Assembly: GCA_050250895.1 (NCBI GenBank)
Contig: JBFWNU010000005.1
Location: 288,001 to 352,000 of the forward strand
Direction of reading: 5' to 3'
DNA: 64,000 nt
Source of the DNA: Vulcanimicrobiota bacterium
GTDB lineage: Bacteria > Vulcanimicrobiota > Xenobia > Xenobiales > JADMJV01
Part shown: positions 51,634-58,677 of the stretch, one piece after another
Layout: each line of letters starts with the position of its first letter
How positions within the stretch are numbered: position 1 is the stretch's first letter
The notes under the pieces: generated by a model
Told to the model about the DNA's origin: nothing
Databases searched by the model: none
What the model saw: the letters and a program-made list of their open reading frames with translations, nothing else
Made by a program: the position numbers and the translations under genes

Positions 51634-52353
51634 CTAGGCGTCGATGGTTTCAATCAACAAGTCCGGCCTTTCTCGCTGCAGCAGGTCGACCAACTCTCCT
51701 CCCGCCCATAGGTGCTGAAAGTCCACCGCCCGCTCGGTGCTGCGCCTGAGCCTGAGTAAGAGAGCGCCATTGCCCTGAAAGACCTCGAGCAGATGCGGGT
51801 TGCGGTCGGGAAAGAAGCGCTTGAGGAGAGGGTCGAACTCGCCTTGCTCGAGGCCGTGTTCCTCGAGTTCAATAGCGACTTCGACGGGGTCGGTTCCGAT
51901 GGGAGCGACTACCAGGCAGGTCGTCTCTTCTGGGCTTGCCGCCTGGAATTCGGGCGGCCGGCCCGGCCAGATCGTCTGATAGACCCCGACCATTTGAGGA
52001 AATCCCGAGAGCACCTCGGGAGCCGAGCCTGGTTGGTAGTCGTCGGGTGGTGGCGAGTACCAGCACTCCACGAGTTGGCCGCAATTGCAGCATACCAGGC
52101 TGTGGCGGTCGAGAAGGTACTCGGCGACACCGAATCGGTCGTTCTTCTTGCAGCGAGGGCACCGCGGCGGGCGCAGAGGTAGGAAGTTGAGCTTCTGATA
52201 GAGCCGGGAGCCGAGCCACAAAGCGAGGGCTGGCCCGAGCGCCGTCCAGCTCGCGGCCGCGTACGGATGGGAGGACAATAGCAAACACCCAGGACATACA
52301 GCCAGCACGAACAGGCCGTTCAAAATCAGCAAATCGATCAGGGTCAAGCGCAC
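51634..52353 (-). CDS. hypothetical membrane protein with zinc-ribbon motif
   Basis: Two TM segments, CPRC..CCNC; lies wholly between two P palindromes; start approximate. Confidence 0.6.
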   Translation of the reverse strand: MRLTLIDLLILNGLFVLAVCPGCLLLSSHPYAAASWTALGPALALWLGSRLYQKLNFLPLRPPRCPRCKKNDRFGVAEYLLDRHSLVCCNCGQLVECWYSPPPDDYQPGSAPEVLSGFPQMVGVYQTIWPGRPPEFQAASPEETTCLVVAPIGTDPVEVAIELEEHGLEQGEFDPLLKRFFPDRNPHLLEVFQGNGALLLRLRRSTERAVDFQHLWAGGELVDLLQRERPDLLIETIDA

Positions 52354-52591
52354 ACTCTGCTTTATACCCGCCAGGTGACCCGCGCGGGTCAAAATTTCTA
52401 AAAGAAATTGCTAGAAAGCGTCACCCGTCGCCAAATGAGATCCCTGCGTGTCGAAGCCATCTCAGGCGGCTTGAATGCCTTTCTCGGCCACTTTGACAAG
52501 AATTCTGACTTAAAGTTCGGCGGCCCCTCGAAAAGTCCCGCAAATCATCGGCTAGAAGAGGCGCAATTGCCTATGAAATCTAGGTTTTAGC

Positions 52592-52633
52592 TGTTCGAGG
52601 TTTTTGACGAACACCGGCCTGGATTGCTAGGAT
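52592..52633 (+). promoter_or_regulatory. sigma70-type promoter (TTGACG, extended -10 TGcTAGGAT) overlapped by inverted repeat TGTTCG-N10-CGAACA
   Basis: Both boxes and the inverted repeat are conserved in copy 2; -10 lies 6 nt before ATG. Confidence 0.7.
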
Positions 52634-52639
52634 CTAGTT

Positions 52640-53677
52640 ATGAATCCGAGCGAAAATTCTCCTCAGTTCTGGCATCTCGCCCATCTCTCGACTCTCACCG
52701 CCGACCAGTTGGCCGACCTCACTCGCCGGGTGGTCGGCAGCCTCACCCTGCTGCGCCTCTATCTCGGGCGTTGCCTTTTGGCCCTCGAGCGCTCGAATGT
52801 CGATTGGGCCTTTCGTGGCAGTGTCCACTATGCTTCGCTGCTGGGCGTTCCGCGCCGGCGGGCTCGCGAGGCGATGCGAGTGGCCGAGCGCTTGGAAGAG
52901 TTGCCGGTGTTACGGCGGGCGGCCGAGCAGACCGAGGTTAGCTGGTCGAAACTGCGCGAAGTGGTACGAGTGGCCACGGTCGAGACCGAGAGTGAGTGGT
53001 TGGCCGTGGCCGAGCGATGGGGCTATCGTCGGGTGGAGAAGCTAGTGGCCCAGGCGAGCCTCGGCGACCGGCCGGGTGAGGCCAGCCGCGAGCCCGAAGA
53101 GATCGAGGTGATTCTTCGACTCTCTCCGACTGTCGCAGCGGTGTGGCAACGAACGATGCGACGGCTGTCGCAAGAGGCGGGCCGGCTGGTGAGTGCGGCC
53201 GAGGCCCTCGAGCTTTTGTGCGCCGACTATCTGTCCGGACCGGTTGAGGAAGTGCTGGCCGAGGGCGAGAAAGACGTCGAGGCCGAGTGGGCCATGGTGG
53301 CCTCGGACGACGAAGATGGCCTGGTCCAAAAGGCTGACCCGCACTGGGCCAACGAGCGCTTACGCTGGGCTGGCGACCAGCCGATTACTCCCGCTCAACG
53401 GGCCGAGGTGCTGCGACGCGATGGCTACAGTTGCCAGTGCCCAGGCTGCGAAAACCGGCTCTGGCTCGAGGTGCATCACGTCGTCTTCTACTGCCGCGGC
53501 GGAGCGACCGTCCCGGATAACCTCATCGTGGTGTGCTGGTCGTGCCACCGGCGTATTCACAAAGGTTGGCTGCGAGTGAGCGGAACGGCGCCGAGCGGGC
53601 TGGTTTGGACCGACCGGCACGGTAACGAGTTGACCCCACCCGAGCGGCTGGGTCGGCTGGCGTGGCTCTCGGGCTGA
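52640..53677 (+). CDS. HNH endonuclease with helical DUF222-like N-terminus
   Basis: VLRRDGYSCQCPGC..LEVHH..GG.T..DNLIVVCWSCH; its stop TGA is the first triplet of P (53675-53690). Confidence 0.9.
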   Translation: MNPSENSPQFWHLAHLSTLTADQLADLTRRVVGSLTLLRLYLGRCLLALERSNVDWAFRGSVHYASLLGVPRRRAREAMRVAERLEELPVLRRAAEQTEVSWSKLREVVRVATVETESEWLAVAERWGYRRVEKLVAQASLGDRPGEASREPEEIEVILRLSPTVAAVWQRTMRRLSQEAGRLVSAAEALELLCADYLSGPVEEVLAEGEKDVEAEWAMVASDDEDGLVQKADPHWANERLRWAGDQPITPAQRAEVLRRDGYSCQCPGCENRLWLEVHHVVFYCRGGATVPDNLIVVCWSCHRRIHKGWLRVSGTAPSGLVWTDRHGNELTPPERLGRLAWLSG

Positions 53678-53768
53678 CCCGCGCGGGTCACTTCCGTTCG
53701 AGGACGTGACCGACCCCGCCGGCGCTGGCTGACAAGGTCAGGGATGCACGCGCGACGAATTGTGACAA

Positions 53769-53957
53769 ATGGACATCGGACTCGAGCCTGACCCCGTCAT
53801 CGAATTCTATAAACGCGATGTCGACATCACTCTCGTGCGCGAGAGTCTGAAGCTGACCGTGCAAGAACGGGTGGACCGGCTCATCGCCCTGCAGCTAGCA
53901 GCCGAAGAGTTCCGGCGTGCTGGCGAGCGGATGCGACAAAGCCGACAAAATGACTGA
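53769..53957 (+). CDS. small protein, putative antitoxin partner of nucleotidyltransferase
   Basis: DPVIEFYKRDVDITLVRESLKLTVQER; overlaps next start. Confidence 0.7.
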   Translation: MDIGLEPDPVIEFYKRDVDITLVRESLKLTVQERVDRLIALQLAAEEFRRAGERMRQSRQND

Positions 53958-54122
53958 CTTCAAGTCCCTGATTCGACGGCTTCACGAGAATTCGGTCGAC
54001 TTCATCGTTGTTGGCGGGTTCGCGGGGACCGTCCACGGAGCCAGGTAAAACGCGCGGCCGGTCGGCCAAAAGACTTTGAGGCCATCGCTGAGCTAGAGCG
54101 CCTGGCTGAGGAGCAGAGTTGA
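53950..54122 (+). pseudogene. nucleotidyltransferase gene remnant with large internal deletion
   Basis: MTDF..VDFIVVGGFAGTVHGA joined out of frame to VKRAAGRPKDFEAIAELE. Confidence 0.8.
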
Positions 54123-54143
54123 CAGTGCCTCGCCTGGCGGGCT

Positions 54144-54191
54144 TGACCCGCGCGGGTCAGTAGGCGCGTAGATTGTGACCCGCGCGGGTCA
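54144..54191. repeat. two perfect P palindromes separated by 16 bp
   Basis: TGACCCGCGCGGGTCA at 54144-54159 and 54176-54191. Confidence 0.95.
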
Positions 54192-54390
54192 AATTTTTCA
54201 AGAAAATTTCGCGCCACGGCCGATTGCGCCGAAACGAGATCCCGGCATGGGGAAGGCACTTGAGGCGGCTTGAATGCCTTTCTCAGCCAGTTTGACAAGA
54301 ATTCTGACTTGAAGTTCGTTCGGTCCCCGGAAAGTGCCGAAAATCATCGGTTGTGAGAGGCGCAATTGCCTATTAAATAGGGCTTTGAAG

Positions 54391-54432
54391 TGTTCGATGT
54401 TTTTGACGAACAGGGCGCCTGATTGCTAGGAT
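54391..54432 (+). promoter_or_regulatory. promoter/operator of HNH copy 2
   Basis: TGTTCG-N10-CGAACA, TTGACG, TGcTAGGAT 6 nt before ATG. Confidence 0.7.
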
Positions 54433-54438
54433 CTAGCT

Positions 54439-55476
54439 ATGAAACCAAACGAAAATTGCCCTCAGTTCTGGCGTCTTGCCCATCTCTCCACCCTCACCGC
54501 CGACCAGCTCGCCGACCTCACTCGCCGCGTCGTCGGCAGCCTCACTTTGCTGCGCCTGTATCTAGGCCGTTGCCTGCTGGCCCTCGAACGCTCGAATGTC
54601 GATTGGGCCTTTCGTGGCAGCGTCCACTACGCTTCGCTGCTGGGTGTTCCACGCCGCCGGGCTCGCGAGGCGATGCGAGTGGCCGAGCGCTTGGAAGAGT
54701 TGCCGGTGTTACGGCGGGCGGCCGAGCAGACCGAGGTTAGCTGGTCGAAACTGCGCGAAGTGGTACGAGTGGCCACCGCCGAGACCGAGAGCGAGTGGTT
54801 GGCCGTGGCCGAGCGTTGGGGATATCGTCGGGTCGAGAGACTGGTGGCCCGGGCCAGGATTGGTGATCGGCCGGGCGAGGCCAGCCGCGAGCCCGAAGAG
54901 ATCGAGGTGATTCTTCGACTTTCTCCGACTGTCGCCGCGGTGTGGCAACGAACGATGCGACGGCTGTCGCAAGAGGCGGGCCGGCTGGTGAGTGCGGCCG
55001 AGGCCCTCGAGCTTTTGTGCGCCGACTACCTGGCCGGACCGGTTGAGGAAGTGCTGGCCGAGGGCGAGAAAGACGTCGAGGCCGAATGGGCTATGGTAGC
55101 GGCCGGCGAGCAGGATGGGCTGGTCGCCAAAGCGGACCCGCACTGGGCCAACGAGCGCTTGCGCTGGGCTGGCGACCAGCCGATTACTCCCGCTCAGCGG
55201 GCCGAGGTGCTGCGTCGCGATGGCTACAGTTGCCAGTGCCCAGGCTGCGAAAACCGGCTCTGGCTCGAGGTGCATCACGTCGTCTTCTACTGCCGCGGCG
55301 GAGCGACCGTCCCGGATAACCTCATCGTGGTGTGCTGGTCGTGCCACCGGCGTATTCACAAAGGTTGGCTGCGAGTGAGCGGAACGGCTCCGGGCGGCCT
55401 GGTTTGGATCGACCGCCACGGTAACGAGTTGACCCCACCCGAGCGGCTGGGTCGGCTGGCCTGGCTCTCGGGCTGA
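54439..55476 (+). CDS. HNH endonuclease, paralog of 52640-53677
   Basis: 345 aa, about 17 substitutions versus copy 1 by manual count; stop inside P. Confidence 0.9.
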   Translation: MKPNENCPQFWRLAHLSTLTADQLADLTRRVVGSLTLLRLYLGRCLLALERSNVDWAFRGSVHYASLLGVPRRRAREAMRVAERLEELPVLRRAAEQTEVSWSKLREVVRVATAETESEWLAVAERWGYRRVERLVARARIGDRPGEASREPEEIEVILRLSPTVAAVWQRTMRRLSQEAGRLVSAAEALELLCADYLAGPVEEVLAEGEKDVEAEWAMVAAGEQDGLVAKADPHWANERLRWAGDQPITPAQRAEVLRRDGYSCQCPGCENRLWLEVHHVVFYCRGGATVPDNLIVVCWSCHRRIHKGWLRVSGTAPGGLVWIDRHGNELTPPERLGRLAWLSG

Positions 55477-55486
55477 CCCGTGCGGG

Positions 55487-56449
55487 TCACTTCCGTTCCA
55501 GGACATGGCCGACCCCGCCAGCGCTGATCATCAGGGTTTCTAGGTAGAGCTCCATCACCGTTTCGCCATCGAACTCACACGCGATGATATAGCCGCCCTC
55601 CGTGTAGTTTCCGCCACCGGTCGGCTGACGGTGAGTCATGAAAGGCCATCTCAAGGCAGTCCGTGTGCACAGCCCGAGCATGCCTCGAGCAGGCAGAGAT
55701 TCTTCCTTCCCCGGGGTATAGGCGTCCAGCCGCGCCCGAAGCTCGGAAACGGTCAACGAGCAATCCAGCTCTTCCTTGCCGAGCTTGAGTTGGCATCCGG
55801 GGCCGCCGAAGTAGTTGAGTTGGCCCTTGTGATAGAAGGCCGAAAGGTTGTCGTAGAGCCAAACCGATCGCCGTCCGGGGCGGCCCGGGCCGAGACGTTC
55901 TTCGACCTCGGCCTGGGTCATCCCAAGTTTGACGCCATTGGCCGAGACCTCGGGCTTCGAGTCGGGTTGGTTCCTCAGCTTGAGCGCCTGGATCTGGCGG
56001 TCATCCGGAAAGACCATCTGAGCGAACATGACAATTCCCAGTTCCTGGGCGGCAAAGTCATCACGACGCGCCAAGCCGTCGGGGCCCACGAAGGTCCATT
56101 GCTGGCAATGGTAGGAGATGAGCAGGTCGAGCCGTTGCGGCCCATGATGAAAGCGGAAGGCCACCTCAGGGGCATGGTCACAATCGCGAAGCTTGGCCTC
56201 AGGGTCGGATGCCCACTTCTTCTCGACCAGGCCGCAAAGCCAGAGGTAGGTTCCGCGGCGCAGTTCGACCTTTGCCAGAACTGGGTGGCCGCGAACCGAC
56301 GATTGCGCGGAGCCCGGTGATTTCTCGCCAAGACGAAATGCCTCGACTCTGTCGCATTTGTCGAAGATGACTCGATTGGTCTGGCCGAGGAATTCGTCGA
56401 GAGACTTCGCCCTGGGCCATGACCGAGGGTCGTCCTGGTCGGGCTGCAT
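55487..56449 (-). CDS. hypothetical protein
   Basis: TATCAT 6 nt before ATG; GVKLGMTQAEVEERLG motif; C-terminus and stop come from element tail and P. Confidence 0.7.
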   Translation of the reverse strand: MQPDQDDPRSWPRAKSLDEFLGQTNRVIFDKCDRVEAFRLGEKSPGSAQSSVRGHPVLAKVELRRGTYLWLCGLVEKKWASDPEAKLRDCDHAPEVAFRFHHGPQRLDLLISYHCQQWTFVGPDGLARRDDFAAQELGIVMFAQMVFPDDRQIQALKLRNQPDSKPEVSANGVKLGMTQAEVEERLGPGRPGRRSVWLYDNLSAFYHKGQLNYFGGPGCQLKLGKEELDCSLTVSELRARLDAYTPGKEESLPARGMLGLCTRTALRWPFMTHRQPTGGGNYTEGGYIIACEFDGETVMELYLETLMISAGGVGHVLERK

Positions 56450-56483
56450 CCTTTTATGATAACCCAAGCTCGGCTCGTGGGTC

Positions 56484-56583
56484 GACCCGCGCGGATCATT
56501 TCCGTTCCAGGACATGGCCGACCCCGCCAGCGCTGACCATTAGGGTTTCTAGGTAGAGCTCCATCACCGTTTCGCCATCGAAC
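56484..56583 (+). repeat. ~100-bp direct repeat of 55475-55574 (degenerate P + tail + 3' end of adjacent gene)
   Basis: Near-identical by eye with a few transitions. Confidence 0.9.
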
Positions 56584-56645
56584 ACCTGCGCTGTGCGCTG
56601 CATGCGCAAACCCGTCCTAGCCGGCAGCGGCGGCGCGGCCACCAC

Positions 56646-57070
56646 CTCGCGACCCGCCACCCTCGCCGGGCCGAGCCGGCCATTCGGCAGCACACACTGC
56701 CAAATTCGGCGTACCACGCTGCCGAATCTGGCCAGCCTACTTCCACGTGGAAGTCCCGCCCGGGCCGCCCTCGCGACCCGCGACCCTCGCCATGGCCGGC
56801 CACACACTGCCGAACCCGGCGTACACGCTGCCAAATTTTGACTAGCCCCACTTCCGCACGGAAGTCACCGACTAGAGCCGCCTCCGCCCACGGCAGGCCC
56901 GCTCCCGCCGGCCGGGGCAAGTCGCCCGCAGCCAGCGACAAGAATCCGCCGTCCTCCCCGGGGCCGGGCCGGCCATTCGACAGCACACACTGCCGAATTC
57001 GGCTTACCACGCTGCCGAATATGATAGCCCCACTTCCGCGCGGAAGTCCTGCTCGGGCCGCCCTCGCCCG
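56646..57070. repeat. three degenerate hairpin-rich repeat units, each with ACTTCC-N4-GGAAGT
   Basis: cacacactgcc at 56691, 56801, 56984; palindromes at 56739, 56850, 57032. Confidence 0.88.
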
Positions 57071-57072
57071 GG

Positions 57073-57972
57073 CTAACGCGGCCCTGACCCGCGCGGCTCG
57101 ACGGCCCCTCGGGTTGGCGTGAATCGGGTGACCAGCCAGTCTTCGTTGAGTGCGTGCGAGTCCAGGTGCTCGCCTCGCTCTATGTCGAAAACCGAGTGAA
57201 CAGCCACTTCCTTGTAGATGATGTCGTCTCCACGCTCAGGGTCCATCACGTCCTGACCCTCGGTGGCTCTCGCCAAAAGGTAGTTTTTCGAAAGCACGGC
57301 CGTAAAGGAGAAATCAAGCTCGTCGGCTGGTAGCTGTCGCTGCTCGATTTGGCCGGTCTCCAGGTCGATCCGCCACATCCGGTCATTTGACCAGAGAAAC
57401 AGAAATCGGCCGCTGGGATCCAGTCCGCCATCCTCGATTGTCTGGCGTGATCTTAGCTTGTGCAGCAGGCTCGACTCTCCGTTGCGAATGGCGTGAACTT
57501 CTCGGCCACGTATCGTGTAGACAGTCTGCCCGTCCGGCGCCACTGCTAGCAGTCGTCTTCCTGGCTCAGGCTTGCAGAGCTGGCGCTCGCCACGAGCGTC
57601 AATGACGTAAAGTGTGCCGCGGGGAGTGCTAAAGATGACATTGCCATCCTGGTCGAGGACGAAGTTTTCGACCCGGCGGGATGTGGCCAACCTGCACCGT
57701 CGAGCTCGCTCGGGTTTACAGAATAGGCTCCTGGGGCCGAAATCGTCAGACAGAAAATAGAGTGTAGCCTGCTTGTCGATGGACGGTTTGGTCTCGCGGC
57801 CAGGCCGCTCGAGGATTTCCTCAAATTGCTCGGTGGTGACCCTCTGGTGTTCGGGGTTGATCTCGAGGGTCGTGCGAATGAGGTCGGTATCGGCGTGACG
57901 ACAATAGCACGTCTCGCGCTCACCGATTAGCGCGAAGCGAGGTTTGATGGGATTCGACGTCATAGGGTTCAT
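57073..57972 (-). CDS. hypothetical protein, beta-propeller-like
   Basis: TACGCT 6 nt before ATG; repeated LDQDG/VAPDG/LDPSG turn motifs. Confidence 0.65.
   Translation of the reverse strand: MNPMTSNPIKPRFALIGERETCYCRHADTDLIRTTLEINPEHQRVTTEQFEEILERPGRETKPSIDKQATLYFLSDDFGPRSLFCKPERARRCRLATSRRVENFVLDQDGNVIFSTPRGTLYVIDARGERQLCKPEPGRRLLAVAPDGQTVYTIRGREVHAIRNGESSLLHKLRSRQTIEDGGLDPSGRFLFLWSNDRMWRIDLETGQIEQRQLPADELDFSFTAVLSKNYLLARATEGQDVMDPERGDDIIYKEVAVHSVFDIERGEHLDSHALNEDWLVTRFTPTRGAVEPRGSGPR
57085..57100. repeat. palindrome P, degenerate copy (TGACCCGCGCGGCTCG)
   Basis: Two mismatches; overlaps 3' end of the minus-strand ORF. Confidence 0.65.
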
Positions 57973-58052
57973 GACGATAGCGTAGCAGCCGTCCTGCGAA
58001 CGAAGTTCGCTTCAACAGCGAATGAAAGGTGAAGAAGTCACCAAGCGGTCAG

Positions 58053-58580
58053 CTAGCTCGGGTCGGTCGGCGGTTTGCGGAGCTTGCGAAGTGCCTTTGC
58101 CTCGATCTGGCGGATCTGCTCGCGGGTCATGCCGAGGCATTGAGCCACCTCCTCGAGGGTGCGAGGTCGGCCGTCGTCCAAGCCGAAGCGCACCGACATG
58201 ACCTCTTTCTCGTGAGCGGTCAACTCCACCAGCGCGGCCTCCATCTGGGCCCGCAGCATTTGGCAGGCAGCCGTCTCGATTCGCTCAGGAGACTGCATAC
58301 CCAGGTACTCGCGTACGCGGGCCTGAGTGAAGCGCCTCCTTTTGGCCATCTCCTGGTCAACCAATGGGTCGGCCAACGTGACCTGGCGGTAACGGCACAC
58401 CTGGCGCCATACGTCCTGGCGGTCGACTGGATACATAGCTTCGGCGATCTCCTCGACCGAGGGTGGATAGCCGAGTTCGTCCTGGAGCTGCCGGATGATC
58501 GCGTTCATGCGCTCGACTGCCTCCTGGGGCGGGCCGTCCGTCTTCGTCACCAGTTCGGCAAATTCATCATCCTGTCCCAC
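58053..58580 (-). CDS. sigma-70 region 3/4-only protein
   Basis: LQDELGYPPSVEEIAEAM (r3); RFGLDDGRPRTLEEVA..TREQIRQIEAKALRKLR (RpoD-type r4). Confidence 0.8.
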   Translation of the reverse strand: MGQDDEFAELVTKTDGPPQEAVERMNAIIRQLQDELGYPPSVEEIAEAMYPVDRQDVWRQVCRYRQVTLADPLVDQEMAKRRRFTQARVREYLGMQSPERIETAACQMLRAQMEAALVELTAHEKEVMSVRFGLDDGRPRTLEEVAQCLGMTREQIRQIEAKALRKLRKPPTDPS

Positions 58581-58677
58581 ACATGGTTATTCGACCACCG
58601 CATCAAGTGGCCTTCGCCAGTCCTAGCAGGCAAAAGCTCCTCCGAGGAGAATGGCTGCGCCGCCTGGAGGTTGAAAA

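Larger units (their letters stand above)
52376..53727 (+). mobile_element. HNH element copy 1: P + conserved leader + HNH ORF + P + 37-bp tail
   Basis: Similarity to copy 2 starts exactly at P (52376) and ends at gcgctg (53727). Confidence 0.8.
54176..55526 (+). mobile_element. HNH element copy 2
   Basis: Same architecture as copy 1; right P variant TGACCCGTGCGGGTCA at 55474-55489. Confidence 0.8.

Noticed and set aside
52640-55476. IscB/Cas9/TnpB identity for the HNH proteins
   Set aside because: No PLMP or RuvC motifs visible; the HNH is C-terminal after a helical domain.
55475-56583. Diversity-generating retroelement TR/VR pair (repeat overlapping a gene 3' end)
   Set aside because: Mismatches are few and go in both directions rather than being adenine-specific, and there is no reverse transcriptase in the window.
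56646-57070. CRISPR or TIGR array
   Set aside because: Units are long, degenerate and irregularly spaced; no cas or Nop-domain gene nearby.
50177-57100. Classical integron attC array
   Set aside because: Sites are 16-bp perfect palindromes without RYYYAAC/GTTRRRY boxes, and there is no intI.
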